Shown: piece after piece, positions 1-12,654 of the stretch
How positions within the stretch are numbered: the first letter of the stretch is position 1
How the letters are laid out: every line of letters begins with the position of its first letter
From: Phoronis australis
Lineage: Eukaryota; Animalia; Phoronida
DNA: 64,000 bases
Assembly: GCA_002633005.1 (NCBI GenBank)
Contig: NMRA01000124.1
Coordinates: 62,001-126,000, forward strand
Reading direction: 5' to 3'
Position numbers and translations under genes: made by a program
The notes under the pieces: model-generated
Told to the model about the DNA's origin: nothing
The model's database searches: none
Seen by the model: the letters and a program-made list of their open reading frames with translations, nothing else

Positions 1-112
1 TCTAATGCATGGCGATGTCTCGCGAAGACTTGCGTGATTGATTTTGCAAGTTTCTCGCGTTTACAGAACGCAACCCTGCTCATGAATCGTCATTCTCCGG
101 GGTTTGCAAAGA

Positions 113-114
<2 letters not shown>

Positions 115-200
<86 letters not shown>
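115..200. repeat. (TG)n microsatellite, about 43 units
   Basis: Perfect dinucleotide run read directly; it explains the spurious THTH/CVCV ORFs. Confidence 0.99.
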
Positions 201-202
<2 letters not shown>

Positions 203-204
203 AA

Positions 205-1260
205 AAAGGTCGGAGTTTAGACTACCATTTAATAATGATGTAAGTTTAGTAGAAATATTATTACAAGAATTGAGAGCATTTACAATTGAGTGCAGTAAAG
301 GGTGAGTCCCTCTGGCATTCGATGAGGGGAAATTTGAAGAAAATATGATGATAAGATTGATGGTTACCACATTTACAGTTTAGAGAGACGTTACTAAGTT
401 GTGTCTAAACTTGTCGGTGTTGAGGAAAAGATCGCATCTCGATCGGTACAGTGCTATTTCGTTTTCGCGGAGCAAAGAGAATTGTGTCAGAGCTATTGAG
501 TGATCAAAATTACGAAAAACAGTTTTCAAATTGTTTTTTATACTAGTGAATGAGTTGCTTTCCTTAACAGAGACTGGAAAAGAATTCCAGTTGTTGATGC
601 ACATCATGACTGTAGACCTTCTGAATGCCTGACTGAACGACGTAGGAATTGCATATGGGGCGGAAGATCTTAAATCAGTACGACGGCCTTCTCTAGTATA
701 TAGATCAAATATTTTTTAACAGAAGCATTGTTGACATTGTCTAGTACTTTGAAAGTAAAGGTGGTTTTGTGTTTTGTTTGTGACATCAGACCACCGGAGG
801 ACACGATGAGGAAAACAGAGACAAACTTTTTTGGACTTTTTATCGTGTTTTAGACCACGAATGTATCATATCAGTAAATCATCGGGACACTAAGGTTGGT
901 TCCAGTTGAATTGTCCGGTGTCTTTACCCCGGCTCTTTATTTGGTAATTATTCGTTTATTTAAAATACAATATGGCCACCAAGTGAAATTCTATTTTGTC
1001 AAATTTCTTGACAAAAATAAACACCAAGAAAACTTTAACTCATTGCTAATAATGATTTTTAAATTTCATAAAACAACATTTGATTAAGTTTCTCTTGTTT
1101 CCGGAAAGGTCATCAACCTTTGAAAAATGAAAAATGTTGATCATTTTGTGCGAACTGGAGAATTACCTTGCAGAATCAATGCACACTTCCTAAAGGTAAT
1201 TCTCAGCGTACGTAAGACTCCGTTTAAATAAGACTGCTCTTCAAGTTGTATACGCGATTT
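205..1260 (-). mobile_element. Decayed non-LTR retrotransposon (CR1/L2/Crack group), RT C-terminal half plus CCHC-like tail
   Basis: Minus-strand frameshifted fragments occur in the expected order: KFLGVY (~1035), FTW..LNKRI, FTFKVL, NNWNSFPVSVKESNSFTSIKNNLK (WNSLP..K...S...FK..LK motif), LFLNTDKFRHNL..CKCG..HHIFF, LLNG. Many stops and frameshifts. Confidence 0.75.
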
Positions 1261-1744
1261 TTAAATACAAAAGAAGGACAGCATTGGTTCACAGAGATGT
1301 AATATATTATTTCAAAATTAAAAAAGCACCATAGAACAAGAACATATGTTGCAACAATACCGGTACCGGTTTAACAGGACTGAGTGCGCATGTATTTTAA
1401 TAGAGAATCCAGGCACTTTGTGAATTCATTTGGTATTCAAATACATGCAATTATTCAACTGAACCCGGTGGATTCTCTTTAGTGGTGCACCGGTTATACA
1501 GAGTTGTGAAACTTTGTCCTGCGTGTTTGAGAGATTTTTTTCTGATTCTAACCCTCTTTAGCGGCCGTAGACATGATGAACATACAAGTATACGTGCACT
1601 AAGCTGGTACATTCGCGTTATTTGCAGACATAATTAACCGGTTATTTTGTACACACTGTGCAGATTCAAACAATATCTAAAAAACGCGAAAACTGAAAAG
1701 GGATCGTGGTATCACTTCTAGATTATACCTAGCAGACACATGTA

Positions 1745-2089
1745 CCGTAAAGCTTCAAATATTAGCCTAGTCTCTGATAGAAGTCGGGGGTCTAGTTACG
1801 CTGAAATTAGTGAACGCCGGGTCTCTAATAGAAGCCCCTTCTAATAGAAGCCTCCCTCTTATAGAGACCGGGTCTCCATGTTATCTGGATTACATAAAGG
1901 AAGAAAAAAAAGCAGCAAGTGGTTTGTAATGTCATGCTTAAGATCGTATACGATCTTAGAGCGGACAACAGACAAGGTTGATTTTTGTTTCACATCGTAC
2001 ACTACGTATTGACCGCCTTCCTCTAATACCAGATCTGGAACACATTTGAAAAAAGTAAGCGTCTAGGCTACGATTAGAAGCTTCACGGG
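1745..2089. mobile_element. Tc1/mariner (pogo/Tc2-like) MITE
   Basis: TA|CCGTAAAGCTTCAAATATTAGCCTAG ... CTAGGCTACGATTAGAAGCTTCACGGG|TA: imperfect ~26-bp TIR with TA on both sides; internal CTAATAGAAGCC sub-repeats. Confidence 0.75.
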
Positions 2090-2758
2090 TATATCCTTAT
2101 GATCTCATAGCTCGTTACAGGACATCGGCTACTTTAGCACCTCAGTGTGATCACTGCACCCTGACGACGTGGCTTTAAATATGTGTATTCCAAAAAGAGT
2201 CATAAAACGTTGCAATAAGCCGCATTCCGTAGAATAAATTTAAATTGAGTTTTGATTTAGACAATTTACCACTATTGAAGTAGACTCCAAATGCTCCTTA
2301 CTCGGATGAGAAGTGAACTTCGATCTTGCAAAGAAGTGACAGTTCGTCATTCCTTGAGACCATGCTCAGGAATGGAATGACACGCCATAACAAGACAACT
2401 TGTAGAGCCTGGTCTCAAGCAAGAACGAACTGTTGGTGTTCTGCGAGCCAATAATCTACTGCTGTTTGACTAAGGAACAATTCATAATGGTATGTGGTCT
2501 AAAACAAAAGTGATTTTTGTTGAAGGAAAGCGGGTTCAAAGCTATTTCTAATAAATAATCAACCATGAACGTTAGTACGTTACCACTACGAGATACCATT
2601 TTATGCGTGAAAATTGGAGTACAATCACTCCCACTCTCTCCCTCCCCTTNAGCAGTATTATACCCATGCATATATACAGGCTGGACGCCGCTAGCGTTTT
2701 CTTTGTAATGTGAAAGATAGATTTAAAAATTGTATTGCACCATTAGTATTAAACGTAA

Positions 2759-3589
2759 TTATAAAAATACTCCAGCCCCAAGCGACACAACTTTTGGCGG
2801 TTTCAGGACACGTCTGCGTGGAACTGGTTTCCCGTAGTTGATATTCCAGTCCACTGGCTCTTTCGTGCTGTTTTTTCGTCGCATTTCCTCAACGATTTTA
2901 TTCAGAGCCCTCTCCCGAATGTATGGCCTCTCCGTCGATGTCGACTGCAGAGGACGTGTCAAACTATTATAATGACTTTCATTTTCATCGTCAAAGAAGT
3001 CATCCCAGGCTCTGGGAAGACCCATTGTTCCTCTATTTTTAACAGCCGATTTTCTGTTCAGCTTGCAACTCGGAAGTCTGTAACCTATACTATGATACTT
3101 TGGCGGAATGGTACAAGGAAAATAAATGCACCTTGGCGACCCTGGATTGTAGCGGCACACGTGACCCGTTTTCGGCTGTTGATCGTTGTCACTCATTTCC
3201 AAATCTGAATGTTCAGGACTTTCCAATTTCACCGGAAGTGATTTGTGTGAAGCAGCTTTTGATTGAACCATTTCCCTGTATGTTGATGCGCGCGCACTGG
3301 GCTTGGTTTGTAATTTTTGTGGTGCAGATTTCGCTTGCACTTTCCGCTTTGGACTGGGCTCCTTAGTAGTTTTACTTATTGCTTGTCTAGAGTAAAGCTC
3401 TGCAACTTTATCAAGTTCCTGTTGGATAGATCTTATTTCCTTGCGGAGAAGTGATTCCCGTTTGCTTTGTGAAGTGTCAATTCTTTTTAGGTTGCTGTCC
3501 AAGATGAGAGATTCAAACTCGTTCCTTTTGCGAACTCTGAGACTTTTGGCCGTCACCTGAACCTCGATCCTTTTTGTTGTCGCAGTCAT
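2759..3589 (-). CDS. Uncharacterised 276-aa basic protein with an N-terminal CCDC190-like coiled-coil motif; single coding exon
   Basis: Longest ORF in the window. True ATG is at 3589 (GCAATCATGA) with an in-frame TGA at 3604-3602 upstream. Splice acceptor ttttctatttgtag precedes an exon starting at 3626. Shares a gapless 41-aa motif with ORF 22339-22809. Confidence 0.8.
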   Translation of the reverse strand: MTATTKRIEVQVTAKSLRVRKRNEFESLILDSNLKRIDTSQSKRESLLRKEIRSIQQELDKVAELYSRQAISKTTKEPSPKRKVQAKSAPQKLQTKPSARASTYREMVQSKAASHKSLPVKLESPEHSDLEMSDNDQQPKTGHVCRYNPGSPRCIYFPCTIPPKYHSIGYRLPSCKLNRKSAVKNRGTMGLPRAWDDFFDDENESHYNSLTRPLQSTSTERPYIRERALNKIVEEMRRKNSTKEPVDWNINYGKPVPRRRVLKPPKVVSLGAGVFL

Positions 3590-4165
3590 GATTGCCAATG
3601 ATCACCTTTCAGGTGTGGGACATTTTCTACAAATAGAAAATACAAGTTGAAGATTTTTTCATGATGAAAAACTACACCTGTTACAGCTGATGAGACACAA
3701 ATTGCAAACTATAAAGCAAGTTATTCAGTCATTGACAAGCAGAATATGTCTCAAACCTTCCTATGTCACGATGAACATTCATTTTCAATCACAATAAGAC
3801 CTTTGGGGGCATCGATAAATGAAGATGAGACAAAGTGTTAAAAATACTCGGCGATACATCACAGATGGTCTCTCAGTCGTTGTTGTGTTTGTAACGACTA
3901 GTTTGGGAGAATTTATCAGCCTTTCACGCCTAAGCATTCGAAAATACCCTTTGAACAAAAGTTATGTCACGAAAACTGTCACAAGGTAGCAAAAAGAGGC
4001 ACGTTTAAGTTAACTTTCAACAATTTGAGTTAGTGAATAGTACAACATATACAAAGAAAAAAAATCAAATGGGAAACAAGAATAACCCAAAACGTCCGAG
4101 ATTTATTTCCACAGCTAGCGAGAACTTCGCGTTCTTGACTGTATTGAAGTCAATATTACTTTAGG

Positions 4166-4229
4166 ATGGGCGGCGCAGCAGTGAAAAAAATGGAGGCGCC
4201 CCCCAAGTCCACTATGGTGCGCCGCCCAT
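4166..4229. repeat. Short GC-rich inverted repeat (mini-MITE or hairpin)
   Basis: ATGGGCGGCGCA ... TGCGCCGCCCAT, perfect 12-bp arms. Confidence 0.6.
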
Positions 4230-6159
4230 GTTAAAGACTTGAGTTTGTTTTACGATCGTGTGTAACTTTCGCGGGAGCTGTAAGTGCAACATCACTCGAT
4301 CAAGAATATAACAACCTGCAAAGGGGACACGTCAGTCTAGCTTTTCACCTTCCGGAACACTTTGGATATTATCGTAGCCTCAAATTTCCCTTGGTCGCGA
4401 ATGCTATCTGCAGATCTGTGAACTTAGTCATATGGCCAATGATTTTCCTGTTTGAAAATCACATGACCTGACCTATGATTGAAGTTCACTCAAGCCTAGG
4501 TAACGCTGAAGCGACGGAAAAACAACAGAGGAGTTCTGATTCGATTTTGATGTCTGCTCGGAAAGCACCGCATGTTCATGCACTGTTATACAGAGAGGGT
4601 TCATCAAAAAATACGACTTTTATGAAAAAATCAAAAGCTACACAAAATGAAAATATAACTGTAACAGTGGTTTTGATATTACGTCTTGAACATTTATGTT
4701 AAATGAAATTTGGTCATCTTATTGATGTCGTTGTTTTGCTCTCAATGTACCTATCTTTTTTGCTAAATTTTACGAAATATACATGGCACATGTGACCCAA
4801 TGTCGTATGGTCATGGGTGGCAACCCGGGGGTTGGAATTGTTGGGGGGGGGAGAATTTGCCCCTCAACCAAAAAATACTCTCTAAGAAAGCGCAGACACC
4901 TTTCCCCCAGCGTGAGTGAGCGCCATGAATGTGACACAATTGAAGAATTCATTGAATAATAACACATGAGTTTTTTTACTACAATTATATGTCTTGAGCA
5001 TCACTCTCACCACACCTAATGTAATCAATGCCAGACCTATTGACCTATTGACCTATTGACTTACATAATGTCATATGGATGAAAATCCAAATTCGAAATT
5101 TACAGGCCTTCTATTTTCATAAAATGTACTTTTACTGAGACAGATATCTACAGTTCGTAAAAGCTTGGACAAAAACACAGACTTGTCGATAAGGTCCCGC
5201 ATCACCTTACAGGTGTCATATCCACGTAATTTGGCGAATTTGCCCTTTGCTGTTGTTGGTTGATACTAGTTAATTCAATAAATATAATAACGCAACTGAT
5301 ACAAAATAGCTAATTAGTCTCGTATCTAAGTGTTACGCTATGACCATGGCAGAAAAAAAGTTATTATACCTGGTCTCTGTTTGACCGGAGCATGTTTCTA
5401 AAACACGAATTATGGCATTGAAACAGAATCGCGACATTTTGCTGGCCTATTAGAAATTCATGATGGCGTTAATCAAAAAAGATGTTAAACCGAATATAAC
5501 ACTATAGCTTCAGTTATTATGACTGCCAAAGAGCTTGCTGTGTAAACTTCTGCTGTTCACATGTAATAACGCTGATCATAGTCATTGCTCTTTCAAGCGA
5601 TAAACACAAACACGGTAAGTTACCACGTTCCATGGCCACGTCTGCCATGGTCTCAGGCGAGTAGATCTCATGACGACAATAACAAGACAAGATCCATCCA
5701 AACTTCAAGTAAGCCTACAGGCACCGTTCATAGTCTTCACCTTTATCATCTAGCTCTATGCTAACGGCAGGTACCTTCAACCTGGTTCCTAGGAACCAAT
5801 ATAGGTTCCCAGCTTCAACCTGGTGAATTTGTCTGACAATGGGCATTCAAGTTGTCGCATCAGAGCACAAAGGTGGGGGAACTGAATAATTACGACATGA
5901 AACCAATCTTCGGTTCTGATCATCGGTCAGTCAATCCTTTCAATGCATTAGTCTAAACAGCATGACACAAGTGAGAACGGCGATATTTTCAATAGTCCCT
6001 TTGTGTAACATTTCCGAGCCAGCAATAACTTCATGGATACCAGTGAGTATTTAGAATAACTGTCGCTGCGGACTACCGACTAATTAATGAGCACATGACA
6101 ACTGCATGACCATAGTTTTGATTTTCATATTTATAATTCGTCATCACTTCAGGCCTTAA

Positions 6160-6555
6160 ATATAGCAAAACAGCGGTATCGATAACAAGAAGACTATAGC
6201 TATATAATTCTTACTTATACCATAACAACGCACTGATTCGTAACAGCAGTAATAACAAGACCAATTTTTGTTTGATACAAACGTTCAAGATGAAATCTCG
6301 TAAAACGTTGTAACGGTTGTTTAAATTATCATATCGTTTTCGTTTTATGCAACTTGTGATTTTTTCACAAAAATCATTAAGTTCTATTTTGATAGCCCCT
6401 CGTGCAGAAGTGGAACAATTTAAAAACAATCCCTAGAGTAATATGCAGAGTAGGGCATAAAGTACAGTTTCTGAAACTTTCAGAGGAATGCGATCCTCTA
6501 TTTTTGAGATGTGATGTTCTGAAGTTAGCCAGTTTTTCAAGGGACATTGCCTTAA
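6160..6555. mobile_element. Copy of a recurrent old non-autonomous DNA-transposon family (Kolobok/T2-like CCTTAA end)
   Basis: TAGCAAAACAGCGGTATC and downstream blocks are shared with 60725-61168; ends GCC|TTAA. Confidence 0.55.
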
Positions 6556-9500
6556 GCATCTTTTAATACTGGTAACGTCACCCTCCTCGATTTCAGTGTC
6601 TGGCTGACAACGGCGAGGATTGGTGATTTATAAATAAATAAAAACACTACAGTTGCTTTATACAATAACTTCAAGAAGTTTACCCCATCCGACAATAATC
6701 TTATTTTAGTAACACGAGAGCATCCTCAGACTATTGCACGCTCTTATAAAACCTTGGTGAGTAAGGCTCGCCGGTAGCCGTAGAATGCAAATGTTGACCA
6801 GTGTAAAATAATCGCGCGTGACTGCGCGACTTCAAACTATATATTTTTACCCTCTTCAAAACTTACACACACACACGTGTTGAATCGTGCACGATTATTT
6901 CCCAAAATTTTCGAAGCCCTATTTCGTACAGTTCGCTTAGTGTGCTCTGAGGCTTTATCTTCTGAATTTGATTATACAGATCCATAACTTAATAGATCGC
7001 TTTATAAAAAGTGAAGAGAGTTATGAGCCGAATCACGGCATACAATCGATACCCAGCTTACACGATGCCTAATTTGCCATGAAATTGCCGGCCTAGCCTG
7101 TAATGATTAACATTTGTTTTTAATACTTCAAACGTGTATACAAATGATATGCAACTAGCATGCTATCATATTCCTTGTCTCAAAAATGCGTTAATGATTG
7201 ATGAATTTTTTATGTTCCTATCAGTGTTCATATACACCTGTACACGTGTTTTGTTGGACTGCACATAACCTATCCCTTGTTTTGTTTGGAAAATAGAAGT
7301 CTCATACGCTTAGATATGAGGGCCGGAAAGGGGCAAAAACTGTAAAAATGAAGACGAACCCTGTTTTGTAAATTTAACTCTTTTTAGTAAATTCAATTCT
7401 GTTTATAATATAATTAAATCCTTATGAAAAAGACAAAACATAACTTGTAAACTACAGTACAATCCAGTATTATCTATATTTGCTACCAAATTGTGTCTAC
7501 TCCTATTACTTGGTGCATCAAAATAATTTCAAAAATCAAAATTTTATATTAGGTTATGTTTATTTCGAAAAAATGATGTTTCGATAAATTTCCTCGTTTG
7601 AGAATAATTTTTAACTAAACTGGATCGTTTTACGACGTTTTCAACTAAAACGAAACCGAGTAATTTTAACCCATGTAATGAGACCTTTGATAACATTATA
7701 TCAGCTTACCAAATCTCCCTATAAACTAGTAATTTGATGAAAATTCAAGACAAGTGTTTCAGCAATATCTAGATGCTGATATTTAGATATTGTATAATAT
7801 GTCCACCGAAAAAAGTAGAGAAACGATGTGAAACACTAAGTATCGCCAGTGATTGTTTCTCTGTCTATAGTTGGACTTTGATGAAACCCTGACGTCATAC
7901 ACCATATACCGCTTGATATGTTTCTCGTCTGTTCGTATTCTCTTGGAAAATTCGTGGACCAAAAAGTGAGACTAGATGGACATGTGAGTAAAACTATTAA
8001 ACCGTGAAGTTGCAGCCACTTTGCTGTATGACAAAAGCCAGACGCGACTGAATGTACACTTCATCCCAAGAATATTCTCCAATCTCAATTTTAATGTTTT
8101 GTATAAATTTTGATCAGAATTCCGAGTTTTTTCTTATTAGTTTCTGAATACATTATAAATCTATTTTGTTACTACATCAATAGCACTCTTGTGCAACGAC
8201 AACAAGTTATCAACTCAAACTCAGTTTTATCGTCGAGAAGTTGACAGGTTGTCAACACGGACTAATGCTGATACAAACACCTACAGAAATAAGTGATTTG
8301 TGCGTAATGACAGTAATCTCACAACAAAACATGAGCAACACAAGAATGTTTCTAAAACTATCCCCGCGGCACTCTCTCTAATCACGGGAGGGGCTGGTAA
8401 CTAAGACCTACCGTTAGGCATTTGTCCCTCTTGTAGTGTCGTTTCGGGTGTTTTTTTTTTGCCTCCGGGTTTTAAATATCACGCTAGATTAATTCGTTAC
8501 AGATATGGTAAAAAGTGGCATTTGTCTGTTGCACTGGTCTGGGTTTTGTTTCCGACGGTACCTTCTACCCATTATGTGAACGAAAGAATTCTTGCCATTA
8601 GCCTGATATCTTTATGTCTGGCATCAAAGTCACTACAGTAGGCGGTCTCTCGTTGTGGACGTAACTATGAGACAGTAAGGACTTTGACACTGCCTCTTGG
8701 TTATCGCGATTATCAAGAAAACAGTCAACACTTCTGGAGAACCACATTTAAAACTTCATTCGAGGTAATAAAAACCTGAAAACGCCTACTTGACATAATT
8801 TTTTGAGTTTTCCAGATATTGCACTCACTAGATGGTTGAAATGGTGCTACCGCCTGATATTTCAAAATGATCGTCTGCTTTCTGAAACACTGAGTGGAAT
8901 GCGAATGACGAACTTGTACCGTTATTTTTACCGTTGTTGTCGACTTATCATTTGTTGTTATATTTCCGGCTCCAAACAGTATCGATGTCTCTTATAAGTG
9001 GACCGTCTACCCAAAGATCAAGGCTCACAGCTTTATTACAAAGGTATGAAGATTACCTAATATTCATTGAAAGATGGCTACGGTACCTCTGGCTGGGATC
9101 AACTCCCTCTCGTTGAATAGTGATCAAAAGAAACAATAGTCATCGATTGTTCGACATGTACATGTACTCCTCAAATCCTTCGTTGTAAAACGAAGGTTTC
9201 TTCACGCAGGCACGTCTTGAGACATCTCAAACTTTGAGTGTAGATACAAGACCCCATTACCTAGACAGTAACCCTTGCTGTCAGACAGGTAGATTCAATA
9301 GTTACCTGTATAGATTACCCGGCCTTAGTGATTTAGATTAATAATGGATTTCCGATATCTGAAAACGTCTTAGCACCCTTAAGATATGTATCGGAATGTT
9401 GACTTTAAGGTAATTATTAACTTACCAGTTTTGTTAAGAATCAATGATGAGTTCCGTTGACTTGAAATGTATATATACAGGTAATCCATCCGCGAGACAG

Positions 9501-12347
9501 CGTTGCGTCGACGACGTATTAGCCTATCGTCTCAGTGGAAAGTGTCGAGCGATAACAACACCACAGTCCTCTCGTAACAACCGTCCCAACGTCAGTCACA
9601 AAAGGCAGTGCTAAAAGCGTTCCATTTCTCACTGACGGTGGAATGAACATAAAATTCACATTAAAATGTCTCGAAATGTCAACTGAATGTAACTCGAGTT
9701 TTAATTACATTTCAATGTCCCGTTGGATATCCCACTGTTGTGAACAAACAAAAAATCAAGTACGCCAAATATGTTCAGGCTCGAATAACGCTATATTCAA
9801 ACCTGTGTTTGATTCAACCCTAATGACACGTTTAAAATTTCGTTGCGTTTGTTATTCTGTATTGAATGTGCTTCATACAAATAAGGGGCCGCTTTATTCA
9901 TGGTTAAAAACAATACAAAGGAACGAGTTGACTCATAAAGGTTTCGGATCTCCACAGTAAATAGAAAAACACAACAAGTTGACATAGTTATTCAATGAAT
10001 AGGTAACGATAACAGCGGCTATTTTCGCCAATACTTTCTCAGACTATGCCATGGTGCGAGTTGTGAATGTGAAATAGTTCGGTCCATTAACCGAAATCAA
10101 ATGTGACGAAATGGTCAGTTAATTTGAAAGGTCCGCGACTACAATGCCATTGTTGTCATGGCGTAAGTTTAACTCTTTCGAATAACATAGACTACATGTT
10201 TCTGAACAGTCGAGCATGTGATAAATACCCACTTTGTTATTACTAGCACACTTTGTCTAGCACACACGTCATTTTCACTTATCCATAGGTGTAGGAGGCG
10301 GGAAACACGAGAAAGCAAGCGCACCCCCCCCACTAATATTTGTGAAATTGGGGGCCAGGACATTTTGTAAGGGGACTCCAGTTTTCGAAACGTTTACAGT
10401 ACATTTCATTGGCGTTCACCCCTGACCTTAAAATGTGCTGTCATATTCACACAGACTTCGGAGAATTCCAACAAAACTTGATATGCACAGTTTTTCTGGA
10501 GCGGCATTGTTTCAGAAGACAATATTTCGGGAATGGGAGTGAAGCTGTATCTTTTCCTAGGAATTCCCTCTCACAATGGATAATGGAGTCGGGCAACTTT
10601 CGCTCTCTGTTTCCATTTTAAGTAGTATGTTATTTGGGGAAAATCACAGCTGTCATTTTCCTGTATTTTATCTTTTTCTCTTTTTCGGAGTGGCCCCGAT
10701 GATAGAATCAGTTACCTCAATTTCCTGTTTTTGTGAAGTCATACAACCTTTTCAGCATATTAAGGAAGGTAACTCGATGATGAATCAATTGTTTCTCTTT
10801 TCATTCTACGAAAAGCGACTTATCTTAATCAATGATTTTGCTGTTATAAGTTGCCAGTATTAATCCGGTGAGTTTTGACGAAAAGTGATGAAATTCGAGC
10901 AAATGCCCATCCCCGCCGGGGTCAGCCAGTAGAAATTTGGATACAGCTTACACAGCGTACCAGGGACCCCGGAACCGCATCCTTTAAAAGCACCCCTCTC
11001 AATGCATCACTCAAATGATGTGAACTTTCCTCAAAGCTGACCCAAATAAAGTGAATCTTGATATCAGGCCACATGAAATATAATCGAAGTTTCTAACAGG
11101 GTTGTCCATATGATTCCAGAAGAGTGTTGCTTCTTTATGTATTTTTCCGGATTTTGCAGCCGTTTTCGAGGTTACTTACATTAGTTTTATTCACTACTTG
11201 CATCACTTTGGTGGTGCTGCAAACAATGATTGTCAAATTCAATCATCAAATGGCGAATTCTTGAAACTTGTGAATACCCAAAAAACAAAAAGAATGATTT
11301 TGGTGCTACGTCTTTTTTGGCATACTTTAAAATTCCTTATGATATCTCTGAAGGTCAAAATCACGCCATAACCGCGTACCTCAGGGCTAAGTGGCCCCTC
11401 CTCGGGAAATTTTGCTGAAGTATGGGAACCCGAACTTCTGATGGTTACCTCCACGGGGTTTGTCCCCCCAGCCAGCTGAGCGCGCATGCCTGCGGCGAGG
11501 GGGAGTGGAATAGTCGACGACAAGGTTGCTGAATCGGTGATGAGTAACAATCTGACTTTGAGACCTTGAGAGGATGAAGTTGAATTATATTGTGCCCCCC
11601 TCCCCTTCCTACTGCCTGCTTAAGTGAAAGAGGGGGTGCCGGCTGATGTAAAACGGGCGTTGACTGAAGATGGCGGGATTTGAAAAATGGTGTCGATCGC
11701 GGGATTTGGGTTGAAAACTGAGTGGTGACTGGGTGTTTGGGCCGAGGGGACCTGGCGGAGGGCGAAACTAGCTGGTGACAGACGCGCAGTCGATTAGGGG
11801 GAGCGGTTTGGTGGGTTGCGTGTGAACAGGAGTCGAGGGCAAAGCCTTGATGCCGGCGACTGCCTGTTTCGGGCAAAAGTGTTAGGAGAAAGGTATGGCG
11901 AAGAAAAGAGAAACATCAAGACTGAAGCGAAAAATGTCGTCAATTAACAGTTGCCGGATTTACTGTTTGGTGTTACCATGGACGATGCATTCTGTAAGGT
12001 GTCTCATTTTTTTAATCTGGATTTGCAGCGTGAGTCGTCTACAGACATTTGATAACGGTCACTTTAACACACTTCTAAAAATTTTAAGAAAAGATGGGCA
12101 CAATTTCCCAAGACAGTTTATTCAGACTTTGTAATTCAAAAAGAAGTTTAGATAAGGCAAAGTTCCGTTTCTCCAGGGACACTTCTCAGGCATGTGTTAA
12201 TAGAGTCAACTGTCGATCTTTTTCCATTTTTTAAATTACATTATTTTATATTAGTGAAACCCGTGAACTTGAGAGAGTCCCTGAGGATAGCAGTTTTTGC
12301 CTTTCACTTCCCGTCTTTGACCCCTCTCGGAGACTGGGGCAAGTTGC

Positions 12348-12654
12348 CAGTGGCGGATTTAGGGGGGCCAAGGGGGCCATGCCCCCCTAAAATTCTCCCA
12401 GATACCATTTGGGAGTTCGGTTTGCGAAATGCTGAGTAGCATATGGGAGCACCCAGGGGGTTCGGGGAGCGAATGCACAATATATAGGCCTTGAACAAAC
12501 CCCGTTTACCGGCTTTTTTTTAGTAACAAGGTCCGCAAACGCAAATATTCGAGACCCCTGCATCCCTACATTTCAGGCTGGGCGCGTGCATGTGGCGAAA
12601 TTCTGGTTATTCCTGTGCCCTGCCCCCCAACTCAAAATCCCGGATCCGCCCCTG
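12348..12654. mobile_element. MITE with CAGTGGCGGAT / ATCCGCCCCTG termini (hAT-like)
   Basis: TIR CAGTGGCGGATT versus reverse complement of the end, CAGGGGCGGATC; subterminal GGGGGCCATGCCCCC. No clean TSD. Confidence 0.75.

Noticed and set aside
80-370. ORFs with THTHTH / CVCVCV runs
   Set aside because: Translation of the (TG)n microsatellite plus a LINE remnant.
3590-3598. ORF-track start at 3598
   Set aside because: It is a TTG. In a eukaryote the first ATG at 3589 is the plausible start.
11239-11876. GC-rich stretch with 103-aa and 143-aa ORFs
   Set aside because: No recognisable domain, non-ATG starts and no clear splice context. Probably the interior of an unclassified repeat; no TIR pair found.
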